NCBI GenBank assembly: GCA_037925075.1 | Contig: JAXSNR010000002.1 | Span: forward strand, 384,001-448,000 | Length of the DNA: 64,000 nucleotides | Direction: 5' to 3' | Source: Aquificaceae bacterium | Lineage (GTDB): Bacteria; Aquificota; Aquificia; Aquificales; Aquificaceae | Notes under the pieces: model-generated | The model's database searches: none | What the model was told of the DNA's origin: nothing | The model's input: only the letters and a program-made list of their open reading frames with translations | Translations under genes and position numbers: made by a program | In this document: in pieces, positions 51,688 to 61,662 of the stretch | Position numbering within the stretch: position 1 is the first letter of the stretch | How the letters are laid out: every line of letters starts with the position of its first letter

Positions 51688-54052
51688 GGTTTCTTACCTC
51701 TCTTGCGTAGGCTTCTATAAACTCCCTTCTTGGCTCCACCTCTTCACCCATCAGTATGGAAAAGATTCTGTCCGCTTCCGCCGCATCTTCTATGGTTACC
51801 TTTAAAAGCCTTCTTGTGGCTGGGTTCATGGTGGTTTCCCAAAGCTGTTCTGGGTTCATCTCTCCAAGACCTTTATATCTTTGTATTTCAAAGGACTCCT
51901 TTACCAACTCAACCACCTTTGAATAGAGGTCTTGCAGGCTTTCCACCTCTACAGATTTCTTCTCATAGAGTATCCTCACTGGAAACCTTACCCTTGAGCC
52001 TTCAAGAAGAGACTTGTAGGAGAGAGAAGACAGAAAATCAACATCTACCATGGTTCTTCTGCCTGCTATCTTGTCCTTGAAGATTATTTCGTAGGCGTCT
52101 TCAAGCCTGTCGTAGTGAATGTCTATAGCCATATCGGGGAGCTTCTCCTCAAGCTCCTTTATCTTTTCACTAAGGAGGGAAGAGTTTCTGAGAGTTTCTT
52201 CTGTAATGCCTACCGTAAGTAGGGCTCTTAGGATTTGCTCTCCTTTGAGCCTTGCCATGGCTTTATAGCCCTCTTCAATCTCCTTTACCTCCCTTAGGAC
52301 TTCTAAAAGCTGTTCTCCCTTGTATTCTGTCCCGCTCAGGTCTATAAGCGTTGCCTCCTCTTCAAGGGTCTTTAAAAGAATTGCTTCAAGCTCCCTGTCA
52401 TCCTTCACATACTGAACCTTTTTACCCTTCTTTATCCTGTAAAGGGGTGGCTGTGCTATGTACAGATGCCCTCCTTCTATAAGCCTTGGCATGTACCTGT
52501 AGAAGAAGGTAAGAAGAAGCGTCCTTATATGTGATCCATCCACATCCGCATCCGTCATCAGGATTATCTTGTGATATCTGAGTTTTGAAAGGTCTATGTC
52601 TTCTCCTATGCCACATCCAAGGGAGCTCACTATGGTTTTTATCTCTTCGTTAGAGAAGACTTTGTCAAGCCTTGCCTTTTCCACGTTGAGAATTTTCCCT
52701 CTAAGGGGTAGGATGGCTTGGGTTCTTCTGTCCCTTCCTTGCTTTGCGGAGCCTCCCGCAGACTCACCTTCCACTATGAATATTTCGCACTTGCTTGGGT
52801 CTTTCTCGGAGCAGTCCGCCAGTTTCCCTGGGAGGGATGAGTCTTCAAGGGGAGACTTTCTACGCACCAGTTCCTTTGCCTTCTTTGCCGCCTCCCTTGC
52901 AAGGGCAGCTTCTACCGCCTTTTCAACTATGAGCCTAAAGGTGTCCCTGTTGCTGTCAAAGTACTCTGACAAATATTCGTAGGTGATGGACTCCACCACA
53001 TTTTTCACGTTCTGATTTCCCAGCTTGGTTTTCGTCTGCCCTTCAAACTGGGGCTCTGGCACTTTGCAGGATATGACCGCCACGAGACCCTCTCTTAGGT
53101 CCTCTCCCGTTATGGTTTCCTTTAGCTCCTTCTGAAGCTTTATGTTGGGTAGGACCTTCATGACAGCCTTTGTAAGCCCAGACCTAAAGCCCGTCAGGTG
53201 AGTACCACCTTCTAAGGTTTTTATGTTATTTACAAAGGTTTCTACGGACTCTCTGTAGTCTTTGGTGTAGGTAAAGGCTATGTCTACATAAACTCCTTCC
53301 TTTTCACCGTTTATTCTAAGTATTTCCTCAAATAGAGGCTCTTTGCCGGCGGACAGAAATCTCACAAGGTCTTCTATACCCTTTTCAAACCTAAAGGTGA
53401 GCTCTTTACCGATCCTTTCATCTATGAGTTTAAAGGTGCAGCCTGGATTAAGGTATGCAAGCTCCCTTATGCGTCTTTCTACGATGTCAAACTTTATTTT
53501 GGTGGTTTCAAAGATCTCTGGGTCTGGCTTGAAAACCACCTTAGTCCCGCGTTTCGTGGTAGTGCCTACGAATTTTACCTCGTAAAGGGGCTCACCCCTT
53601 TTGTATTCCTGCTTGTAGATTTTTCCATCTCTATAGACCTCCACCATAAGCCACTCGGAGAGGGCATTCACCACCGACGCACCCACGCCGTGCAAACCGC
53701 CAGAGTATTTGTATGCCTTTTTGTCAAACTTCCCTCCCGCACCCAGCATGGTAAAGACCATCTGAACCGCGGGAATGCCCGTCTCTGGGTGTATATCTAC
53801 CGGTATGCCTCTTCCGTTGTCTTCTACGGTTATAGAGCCGTCCGCATGGATTATAACCGTTATATGGTTGGCATAACCTGCCATATGCTCATCCACTGCG
53901 TTGTCAAGGATTTCCCATATGAGGTGATGAAGACCCCTTTCCCCCACATCTCCTATGTACATGGAGGGCCTAAGTCTAACGTGCTGAAGACCGGTAACTG
54001 CTTTTATGTCTGTTGCTTGATAGTCAATGTTTTCTTCTCTTTTCTTTTCCAT
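51677..54052 (-). CDS. gyrB: Type IIA topoisomerase B subunit (GyrB)
   Basis: RPSMYIG, EGESAGG, PLRGK, DADVDG, RYKGLGEM. Confidence 0.96.
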   Translation of the reverse strand: MEKKREENIDYQATDIKAVTGLQHVRLRPSMYIGDVGERGLHHLIWEILDNAVDEHMAGYANHITVIIHADGSITVEDNGRGIPVDIHPETGIPAVQMVFTMLGAGGKFDKKAYKYSGGLHGVGASVVNALSEWLMVEVYRDGKIYKQEYKRGEPLYEVKFVGTTTKRGTKVVFKPDPEIFETTKIKFDIVERRIRELAYLNPGCTFKLIDERIGKELTFRFEKGIEDLVRFLSAGKEPLFEEILRINGEKEGVYVDIAFTYTKDYRESVETFVNNIKTLEGGTHLTGFRSGLTKAVMKVLPNIKLQKELKETITGEDLREGLVAVISCKVPEPQFEGQTKTKLGNQNVKNVVESITYEYLSEYFDSNRDTFRLIVEKAVEAALAREAAKKAKELVRRKSPLEDSSLPGKLADCSEKDPSKCEIFIVEGESAGGSAKQGRDRRTQAILPLRGKILNVEKARLDKVFSNEEIKTIVSSLGCGIGEDIDLSKLRYHKIILMTDADVDGSHIRTLLLTFFYRYMPRLIEGGHLYIAQPPLYRIKKGKKVQYVKDDRELEAILLKTLEEEATLIDLSGTEYKGEQLLEVLREVKEIEEGYKAMARLKGEQILRALLTVGITEETLRNSSLLSEKIKELEEKLPDMAIDIHYDRLEDAYEIIFKDKIAGRRTMVDVDFLSSLSYKSLLEGSRVRFPVRILYEKKSVEVESLQDLYSKVVELVKESFEIQRYKGLGEMNPEQLWETTMNPATRRLLKVTIEDAAEADRIFSILMGEEVEPRREFIEAYAREVRNLDV

Positions 54053-54062
54053 GTTTTTAAAA

Positions 54063-54138
54063 CACCCCCAGCGGGATTCGAACCCGCGATCTCCGCCTTG
54101 AAAGGGCGGTGTCCTAGACCGGGCTAGACGATGGGGGC
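54063..54138 (-). tRNA. tRNA-Glu(TTC); CCA not encoded
   Basis: GCCCCCATCGTCTAG...CCGCCCT-TTC-AAGGCGG...GGTTCGAATCCCGCTGGGGGTG. Confidence 0.96.
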
Positions 54139-54176
54139 TAAACTTTTATAGATTATAGCAGAGAAAGTGCTTTCTG

Positions 54177-55244
54177 TCAAGTGGTAGAACCTTCCTCATC
54201 AAGGTAGAAAACGTCATCGGATATGGGCTCGTTCCACCTTTTGAAGCCGGGCAGTGCTTCTATCCTGTACCATGCGGACCTGTACCAAACTCCGTTGGGG
54301 TGCCTTCTCACTGGGGCAACCTCCGCAGCCTTTGTCTCTGAGTGATAATCCCAAGTTATGTACGCGTTAAAGTCTTGAACTATGTCCGTTATGGCTACGC
54401 CAAATTCTGTGGTTAGGGATATCTGAAAGTCTCTCCAGCGAAAGACAGAAGAATCCCTAAGGGTAAGGCCAAAGTAGCCTACGCCTCCGTCTTCTCTTAA
54501 AGTGGCTATACCTCTACCTATAAAGGCTCTAAAGGCAGGTAAGGTCTCTGGTGGGTCCGAGACAAACACATCGTAATGACCCAGTATCTCCTGCGGGAAA
54601 GGGTTCCTAAGATCCCACACCTTAGCCTCTGCGTTGTCTATGCCAAGCTCCTTGAATATTCCGTTGTCAAAGTCAATAAGCCTTTTGTCTATGTCTATCA
54701 CAAGCACGCTACGGGCTTTTCTTGAAAGGGCTACCGCCAGGCCCGTAAGGTCATCCTCCGCACCAAGAACGAGAACATCCTTGTTTCTTAGGTCTCCCCT
54801 TGAGTCCATAAAAAGAACCCTTGTCACAGTGGTCTCTGGTGTAACGGAACCCTGATCATAGTCCCTTATGGCTTTGGGTCTGTCCTTTGTGATTTGAAGA
54901 AACTCTCTGTAAAACTCTATGTCCGCATAAAAGGGAATGCCTCTACCTTCGCACGCCTGACAGGTATAATCCACATAGGGCTCTATGCCCAGTTCTCTTA
55001 CAAGGTCAAAGCCCTTTTGCGTTAGCCTTATATTTTCTTCATCATCTATAAAGGCTATCCCTCTCTCCACAAGCGTGTTCACTATACCAGAGGCGGCAGG
55101 TACGGGAAGGTCTGACATATCCACTATTTCCCAAAAGTCTCCACTTTTAAGAAGTGCGGACAGCACACGCTCTATGTTCTTTTTATAGACCCTAACACCG
55201 CCTAATTCCCTTGCTCTATTGGCAAGTTCAACGAGGATGTTCAA
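54177..55244 (-). CDS. bpsA: Branched-chain polyamine synthase (N4-bis(aminopropyl)spermidine synthase, DUF43)
   Basis: CQACEGRG, YDQG, EDDLT, DIDKRL, DPPET. Confidence 0.85.
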   Translation of the reverse strand: MNILVELANRARELGGVRVYKKNIERVLSALLKSGDFWEIVDMSDLPVPAASGIVNTLVERGIAFIDDEENIRLTQKGFDLVRELGIEPYVDYTCQACEGRGIPFYADIEFYREFLQITKDRPKAIRDYDQGSVTPETTVTRVLFMDSRGDLRNKDVLVLGAEDDLTGLAVALSRKARSVLVIDIDKRLIDFDNGIFKELGIDNAEAKVWDLRNPFPQEILGHYDVFVSDPPETLPAFRAFIGRGIATLREDGGVGYFGLTLRDSSVFRWRDFQISLTTEFGVAITDIVQDFNAYITWDYHSETKAAEVAPVRRHPNGVWYRSAWYRIEALPGFKRWNEPISDDVFYLDEEGSTT

Positions 55245-55303
55245 TACACCACCTCCAATCTAAGAGTTAAGCTATATAATTATAGCACAATTAGGAGGCT
55301 TTT

Positions 55304-55948
55304 ATGAAAGTGCAAAAACCACTAAGAGAAGTACCCCAAGACCCAAAAAAACTTGAGCCCTTTTTGGACTGGCAGGAGCTTTCTCCAAGCTTTGAGACTC
55401 TGTCCTTTGGAGATTGCACTCTTCTTATCGCAACCATAGAAGATGAGGAGTTTGATAAGCTACTGCATATATTCCAAAGTAGAGAAGAGGCTATGGGAGC
55501 CTTTCTTAGCGTTGCCATGGAGCATGGTTGGGAAGAGGTCCCCCAAACCTATTGCATATACCATGCTCAGGAAGTGGATGGGAAGCTTATCGCTGGTGTA
55601 AAGCTTAAAGATCAGGTGAGCTTTTACGAACAGACAACGGTGGAACAGTTGGCTCAGATACTGGCAAAGGTCCATAGGGTTGTGGTCTATTCCTCTGAAG
55701 TGCTTACCTACATAAAGGACATATATCCAGATATTGACCACAAAACCTATTCCATAGCAAGGGAGATAGCCAAAAGGCTTGGTAAAGCTCCTGAGTTTGA
55801 AGACTTGGGAAAGATATACGGTATGCCCTTTGAAAGCCTTGAGGAAAAGCTAAATCTAATAGAAAGGCTACTTGAAAACCCAGTGAGGACGCCTTACGGT
55901 GAGGTGGAGCTACCTCCTTATAGCTATCCCTTGGTGGGATGTGAGTAA
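55304..55948 (+). CDS. Hypothetical protein
   Basis: 214-aa ORF with AGGAGG SD and host-like codon usage. Confidence 0.7.
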   Translation: MKVQKPLREVPQDPKKLEPFLDWQELSPSFETLSFGDCTLLIATIEDEEFDKLLHIFQSREEAMGAFLSVAMEHGWEEVPQTYCIYHAQEVDGKLIAGVKLKDQVSFYEQTTVEQLAQILAKVHRVVVYSSEVLTYIKDIYPDIDHKTYSIAREIAKRLGKAPEFEDLGKIYGMPFESLEEKLNLIERLLENPVRTPYGEVELPPYSYPLVGCE

Positions 55949-56139
55949 AGGGTGGTGGTGAAACTGCTAAGGTCTACTTTTCTTTCTTTTAGCCATAAGA
56001 TTTCCACACCCACCACATTCCCCTCAGCATCTTAATCAACGAATATGTCCTCCGCCACCTCTTTTGTAGTTTCCACACGAAAGCCTTCTCTGAGGTATAG
56101 ATAAACCGCATCCGCCACTGGGTCGTAGGTTAGCCTCAT
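55924..56139 (-). pseudogene. DUF2283-family antitoxin with an in-frame stop
   Basis: MRLTYDPVADAVYLYL...DIFVD*DAEGNVVGVEIL; TAA at 56034-56032. Confidence 0.8.
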
Positions 56140-56354
56140 TTTAAATAATAATATAAACTATTAACCTTGACCTCCTTATCCTGATAAAATTTCCCACCGA
56201 ACGTGTTATTATAAGGAAACCTTTTTATGTAGCTAACTTTGCCTTCTTTTTCTTCCTGCTGAATACCCCTTAGGATACATTCTATAACCTCTTCTTCTTT
56301 TACATTTCTTTCTAACATCCTTTCTTGAGCATGTTTAGTGAATTTTATATTCAT
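56136..56354 (-). CDS. DUF4258-family (BrnT/RelE-like) toxin, possibly with a C-terminal deletion
   Basis: IKFTKHAQERMLERNV motif; ATGA overlap with the DUF2283 gene; AT-rich. Confidence 0.7.
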   Translation of the reverse strand: MNIKFTKHAQERMLERNVKEEEVIECILRGIQQEEKEGKVSYIKRFPYNNTFGGKFYQDKEVKVNSLYYYLK

Positions 56355-56464
56355 GAATTTGATTATCAAAGGGCACATATCACCTTAGCAAGTTTTATGA
56401 ATAAAATTTGTGCTAAGCTTAGGTGTTAATGTCCTAACATTAGGCTTATCCGAATAAATTGTTT

Positions 56465-57070
56465 CTAAAGAAATTTCTCAAGCACCCCCATTACTTCCAC
56501 CTTTTTGTTTCTGTAGCTTGCCCTGTTGCAAACCAGCATGGCGGTGGAAGTGGTTATTTCTTCTATGACCACAAGGTTGTTTTCTCTTAGGGTCTTTCCC
56601 GTCTGTACCAAATCTACGATAAAGTCCGAAAGTCCAATAAGAGGTGCAAGCTCCACAGAACCGCTAAGAGGAATTACCTTACACTTAATGCCCTTTTCTG
56701 AGAAAAACTCCTGAGTTATGCGTGGATACTTGGTGGCAACCCTTAGGTATGAGCTTGTGAGATATTTCTCTCTGTTTTCTTCCTTTCCCGCCACCACTAT
56801 CCTACAAAAGCCTACTCCAAGGTCAAAAAGCACATAAAGGTCTGGTTTTTTCTCCATTAATACATCCCTCCCGGCCACTCCAAGGTCTGCCACCCCGTTT
56901 TCCACATAAACGGGCACATCGGAGGGTTTTACAAGAAGAAACTCATAATCCCCAACTCTTATACTGAGCCTTCTTCCCTCTTCAAAGCCCTCTTGTATTA
57001 TTCCTTTCTTCAGAAAAAGGTCAAGGGTTTCCCCAAAGAGCCTGCCTTTTGGTAGAGCTATCTTTAACAT
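56465..57070 (-). CDS. hisG: ATP phosphoribosyltransferase, short form
   Basis: IALPKGRL, ATKYP, GSVELAP, DLVQTGKTL. Confidence 0.96.
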   Translation of the reverse strand: MLKIALPKGRLFGETLDLFLKKGIIQEGFEEGRRLSIRVGDYEFLLVKPSDVPVYVENGVADLGVAGRDVLMEKKPDLYVLFDLGVGFCRIVVAGKEENREKYLTSSYLRVATKYPRITQEFFSEKGIKCKVIPLSGSVELAPLIGLSDFIVDLVQTGKTLRENNLVVIEEITTSTAMLVCNRASYRNKKVEVMGVLEKFL

Positions 57071-57086
57071 GGCTTAAAGTATAACA

Positions 57087-57770
57087 TCACAAAGCCCTCA
57101 GGGTTAGGTCTCCCACATTAAAGGACCGTATGCCCTCTTGGGTGAGCAAAAGCAAGCTACCTTTTTCGGAAATGCCCTTTAGAATGCCCACTACTGGCTC
57201 TGGAGTGTAAAGCACAACCTCCTCATCCTTGAAAAGAAGCCTGTCTTCTATGGCTTCTTTGAAGGCTTTAAAACCAAAGGCTTGTAGCTTCTCTAAATCT
57301 CCTTCAAGCTGTCCCAAAAGACCCAAAAGGAAATCCACCTTATCAAAGGTCTTACCACTTATAAGTCTTAGAGATGTGGCGTCAAGGTCCTTGGGAAAGT
57401 CTTCCTGATTGAGGTTTATTCCAACCCCCACCACTATCTTGTCCCTTAGTCTTTCTGTTAGAACACCGCATACCTTTTTTCCACCCACATACACATCATT
57501 GACCCACTTTACCGCAGGCATAAAACCAAGCCCTCTAATGTATGACGCAAGGGAATGAGCTATCACAAGGGGTAGGGTCATCTCATCTCTCATGCCCGTA
57601 AAAAGGCAGAAGCTAAGGTAAAGCCCTCCTTCTGGAGAGTGCCATTGCCTTCCCATCCTCCCACGACCGGCGGTCTGTCTGTTTGCCACCACCACAGAGC
57701 CCACGGAAAGCCTTTTGGCTATCTCCTGAGTGGAAGAGACTTTTTCAAGCCATAGCAGGCTTTTTAGCAT
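57087..57770 (-). CDS. birA: Biotin--[acetyl-CoA-carboxylase] ligase (no HTH)
   Basis: QTAGRGRMGRQW, KWVND, KVCGVL, GVGIN. Confidence 0.93.
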   Translation of the reverse strand: MLKSLLWLEKVSSTQEIAKRLSVGSVVVANRQTAGRGRMGRQWHSPEGGLYLSFCLFTGMRDEMTLPLVIAHSLASYIRGLGFMPAVKWVNDVYVGGKKVCGVLTERLRDKIVVGVGINLNQEDFPKDLDATSLRLISGKTFDKVDFLLGLLGQLEGDLEKLQAFGFKAFKEAIEDRLLFKDEEVVLYTPEPVVGILKGISEKGSLLLLTQEGIRSFNVGDLTLRAL

Positions 57771-59041
57771 ACATTGAATTTTACCCTTAGAAAGTGCGTC
57801 GCACAGGATATGCAAGGGTCAAAGCTTCTTATCATAGGCTCAGCATTATCCCTTAGCCATGTCTCCTCAAGGTTGTGGTAGTCTTTTATAAGCTCCCAAA
57901 GGGAAAGCTCTATCGCCCTCTGGTTTTGGGATGTGGGTGGCACTATGTCCGCACTGATTATTTTGCCCTCTTGGTCAAAGGAGTAGTGGTGCCATAGGAT
58001 TCCCCTCGGAGCTTCGGAAACTCCGTAGCCCTCTGACCCTTTTGGCTTTATCTCCACCTTGCTTTTTTCAGGTTTCTTGTAGTTTTTTACCATCTCAAGA
58101 GCCTTCTCAAGGGCATGCACCATCTCCACAACCCTAACCAGTAAGCTGATGTAAGGGTTTCTAACTGGAGGTTCAAGCTCAAGCTTTTTGGCTGTTTCCA
58201 TGGCAAGAGATGAAAGCTTTTCAAAGGCGTTGTTAAAACGTGAAAGGGATCCAACCACATAAACCCTTCCGTCCCTTGTCATGGCATGCTTGGCGGTGGA
58301 ATAGGGGACCTCAAACTCCACAAAAAACTCCTTAAAGTCCCTTGGACTTATTCTTTGACCTTCAAAGTATATGTCTCCCTTCAAAATGGGGTATTCTTCT
58401 TCCATCAAAGATACAAAGAGCACATCTCTAAGTTCAAAGCTTGGAAAGTCAAGCCTTTTAAGTTTTTCCGCAGTCCATAGGGTTTTTTCAAGGGCTTTCT
58501 CAAGGGGCTCCACAAGAGAGGCTAAGCTCTCTGGAAGATCACTAAAGCCACCGGGGACTACGGAAACTGGATGGGAGGTCCTGCCTCCAAGGGTTTGGAT
58601 TATAAGGCTTCCAGCCCTCTTTATCTCCATTCCCGCAAGCACAAGCTCTTTGTCTATCTTTGAAAGCTCAAGGATTGAGGGAACTCCAAAGAAGTCTGGA
58701 AGATGTAAGAAAAACACATGCAAGGCATGACTTTGGACCCACTCTCCAAAGTACATGAGCCTTCTAACCTTCTCTATATCCTCTGGAACTTTGACGCCAA
58801 AGGCGTCCTCCACCGCCTGAACACCGCTCATCTGATAGGCGACAGGGCATATTCCACATATGCGTGCGGTGATATCTGGAATAACATGGTAGGGCTTTCC
58901 AGCAAGTATGCCCTCTATAAACCTTGGAGGCTCGTATATAGAAAGGTGTAGCTTTTGGGGTCTTCCCTCCTTCAAAAACACCTCAAGGCTACCCTCTCCT
59001 TCCACCCTTGTGAGAGCTTCTACCTTTATCTTCATAGCCAC
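57764..59041 (-). CDS. Group 3b [NiFe]-hydrogenase large (alpha) subunit
   Basis: TRVEGEG, L1 RICGIC, EAPRG, L2 DPCISCATH plus a cleavable tail. Confidence 0.93.
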   Translation of the reverse strand: MAMKIKVEALTRVEGEGSLEVFLKEGRPQKLHLSIYEPPRFIEGILAGKPYHVIPDITARICGICPVAYQMSGVQAVEDAFGVKVPEDIEKVRRLMYFGEWVQSHALHVFFLHLPDFFGVPSILELSKIDKELVLAGMEIKRAGSLIIQTLGGRTSHPVSVVPGGFSDLPESLASLVEPLEKALEKTLWTAEKLKRLDFPSFELRDVLFVSLMEEEYPILKGDIYFEGQRISPRDFKEFFVEFEVPYSTAKHAMTRDGRVYVVGSLSRFNNAFEKLSSLAMETAKKLELEPPVRNPYISLLVRVVEMVHALEKALEMVKNYKKPEKSKVEIKPKGSEGYGVSEAPRGILWHHYSFDQEGKIISADIVPPTSQNQRAIELSLWELIKDYHNLEETWLRDNAEPMIRSFDPCISCATHFLRVKFNVC

Positions 59042-59775
59042 TCTCTTATGTTTTTATTGTAGCCGTTAAAAGAAACCCTTAGAAGCTCCTTAAGAGTGTC
59101 TTCGCATATTCCCAATCTACTGTATCCTTCCACAAGGGCTTGGAGGTTTGGATTTCCCACAGGTCCATAACAGCCATAGCATCCTCTCTTATAGCTTGGA
59201 CACAAGGCTCCACAACCCGCCATGGTTATAGGTCCAAGGCATACAAGCCCATAGGCAACCACCACGCATGGATTTCCCCTTCTTTTGCACTCAAGACAGA
59301 GAGGATAATTAGGGACCTGAGGAGTTCTACCGTGCAAAATAGCGGTTATGACCTCTTTAAGGCTATTTTTGTCTATGGGACACCCTCTTATCTCCAAATC
59401 CACCTTTACAAAGTCAGAGATGGGTCTTGAGAGGTGATTGACCTCGTATTTTTCAGAATACACGGAGGAGTAAAGCTTGGAAAAGTCTTGAAAGTTCCTC
59501 GCGGACTGAATGCCTCCAGAAACCGCACATGCACCTATGGCTATAAGAAGTTTTGAGCTTTCCCTTATTCTTTTAATTCTTTCCTCTTCCTCTGGAGTTG
59601 AAACAGAGCCTTCCACAAAGGCAAGGTCAAAATAGCTCCATCTGTTTGAAGAGCTTGCCTCAAGGAAGTACTCTATGCTCAGAATTTCCGAAAGCCTAAG
59701 TAACTCTTCCTCAAAATCAAAAAAGGCAAGCTGACAGCCATCGCAGGAAGAGAACTTAAAAACTCCAACCTTCAT
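59032..59775 (-). CDS. Group 3b hydrogenase small (delta) subunit
   Basis: SCDGCQ, GACA..GG, GCP, CLGP, CYGCYG. Confidence 0.92.
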   Translation of the reverse strand: MKVGVFKFSSCDGCQLAFFDFEEELLRLSEILSIEYFLEASSSNRWSYFDLAFVEGSVSTPEEEERIKRIRESSKLLIAIGACAVSGGIQSARNFQDFSKLYSSVYSEKYEVNHLSRPISDFVKVDLEIRGCPIDKNSLKEVITAILHGRTPQVPNYPLCLECKRRGNPCVVVAYGLVCLGPITMAGCGALCPSYKRGCYGCYGPVGNPNLQALVEGYSRLGICEDTLKELLRVSFNGYNKNIREWL

Positions 59776-60572
59776 ACCTCTTTCCTCTCAAAGTATTCTC
59801 TTATAAGGTCATACCTAAATATGGGACCATCCTTGCAAACAAAATAGGGACCTATCATACAGTGCCCGCATGTTCCAACAGAGCATTTCATATGCCTTTC
59901 AAGGGATGCGTATATATTACTAAGGGGTATGCCCTTTTCCTGTAGCACCTTAACGCAGGCTTTTACCATAGGATCAGGTCCGCAGGCAAAAACTATAGCA
60001 TCCTTCTCAAGGTCTATATCTCTGAGAAGCTCCGTTATAAGCCCTACCTTGCCCTTCCACCTTTGGTCTGGCTTGTCAAGGGTTATGTAAAACTCCGCCT
60101 TTGAACTCCATTCTTGGTAAAGATATCTGTAAAGAAGGCTATCGTAGTCCTTTGAGCCGTAAAGATGGACAAGTCTTTTTATGGGTTTTTTCATAGCTTC
60201 TTCAAAGACCCACCTTGTAGCCGCAAGCCCAAGACCACCGGAGAGTATGAGAAGGGTTCTCCCGTAAGCCCTTTCAAGCTCCCACACATTGCCATAAGGA
60301 CCTCTCCAATAAAGAAGGTTTCCTTCCCTTAGCTGGTCTATATGTTTTGTTACATCGCCTACCGCTCTTACCGTATGAACCATATAGTTGTCTCCCATGC
60401 TTGCTATGGTGATGGGTGCCTCTCCCATGCCAAAGGCGTACAGCATGTTATACTGCCCCGGCAAAGCATACTCCCAAGCTTCTATATGAAAGGTATAAAC
60501 GCCTTCGCATTCCTTTATAACCTTTAGAACCTTTCCAGCCTTCAAGGTGTAAGGGTTTTCAAGAGTAGGCAA
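59772..60572 (-). CDS. Group 3b hydrogenase gamma subunit (FAD/NAD(P) binding, 2Fe-2S)
   Basis: [34 protein letters not shown]. Confidence 0.92.
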   Translation of the reverse strand: MPTLENPYTLKAGKVLKVIKECEGVYTFHIEAWEYALPGQYNMLYAFGMGEAPITIASMGDNYMVHTVRAVGDVTKHIDQLREGNLLYWRGPYGNVWELERAYGRTLLILSGGLGLAATRWVFEEAMKKPIKRLVHLYGSKDYDSLLYRYLYQEWSSKAEFYITLDKPDQRWKGKVGLITELLRDIDLEKDAIVFACGPDPMVKACVKVLQEKGIPLSNIYASLERHMKCSVGTCGHCMIGPYFVCKDGPIFRYDLIREYFERKEV

Positions 60573-61662
60573 CTCTTTTTACCTCCTCCCTCAGGTCTAT
60601 ACCCACTGGACACCAAGTTATGCACCTACCACAGCCCACACAGCCAAAGGTGCCAAACTGGTCCACCCAATAGGCAAACTTGTGCATAAGCCACTGCCTG
60701 TATCTTGAATGTATGCTCTGTCTTAGGTTAAAGCGATGGACTGTAGCAAAAGAAGGTGAAAAGCAAGAGTCCCAAACCCTTATTCTTTGGCTTTCTTTTA
60801 GCTCAAGGTGGTTCTTCTCAATGATATCAAAGCAAAAACATGTGGGGCATGCCTGCGTGCAAGAGGTACAGGCAAGACAGCGCTTTTCTATATGCTCCCA
60901 ATAGCTTGAGGCCATCCTTTCGTAAAGCCTCTGCGTGAGGCCCTCTGTCTGAAAAGGGATGTTCATCATAGCCTCTGTTTTTTTAAGTATTTCCTTCTTC
61001 TCCTCAAAGTGTCTCTTTTCCGCCTCCTTTTTGTTTTTAATACCTTCTAAGATGTATCTGCCCTTTTCTGAGCCCACTTCTACCAGAAAGCCTTCGGCAA
61101 GCTCAGTTATAAGAAGGTCGTAGCCCTGCTTTACTTCTGGACCTGTTCCCATGGTGGTACAAAAGCAATTTGAAGTAGCATAGGAGCAATTTACCGCGAT
61201 CACAAAAAGGCTTTCCCTTAGGCTCGCATAGTAGGGGTCGGGATGGGGGTTTTTGTAAAGAAAGACCGTATCAAGCACCTTCAAAGCGGACAGATCACAG
61301 GCTCTTACATCAAAAAAGCAAAAGTTTCCCTTTGGTATTTCCATCTCAAAGCTTAGCCTTCCATCCTCTTTGACCACCTTCATAAGGGTAAGCTCTGGGG
61401 GATGTAGGAAGTTTTTTAGGGAGTTGTAAGGATGTGTGTAGGAAAAGTAGCCTTGGGACTTTTCAAAGGCATAAAAGCCTGGAGTTTCCACATTCCTGTA
61501 GCCAAAGGGAAGGCTTTCAAAACTTTCCGCCTCAGAATAGGCTATAAGCCCATCTTTAAGCTTTGGAGCTATAACCTTGTATTCTTCTTTTAGTCTTTCA
61601 AAGAGCTCTTTAAGTCCATCAACCTCTAAGAGGTAGCTTCCGCCTTCTCCCTTGCCCTCCAC
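60559..61662 (-). CDS. Group 3b hydrogenase beta subunit (4Fe-4S, AsrA-like)
   Basis: [35 protein letters not shown]. Confidence 0.92.
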   Translation of the reverse strand: MEGKGEGGSYLLEVDGLKELFERLKEEYKVIAPKLKDGLIAYSEAESFESLPFGYRNVETPGFYAFEKSQGYFSYTHPYNSLKNFLHPPELTLMKVVKEDGRLSFEMEIPKGNFCFFDVRACDLSALKVLDTVFLYKNPHPDPYYASLRESLFVIAVNCSYATSNCFCTTMGTGPEVKQGYDLLITELAEGFLVEVGSEKGRYILEGIKNKKEAEKRHFEEKKEILKKTEAMMNIPFQTEGLTQRLYERMASSYWEHIEKRCLACTSCTQACPTCFCFDIIEKNHLELKESQRIRVWDSCFSPSFATVHRFNLRQSIHSRYRQWLMHKFAYWVDQFGTFGCVGCGRCITWCPVGIDLREEVKRVAYS

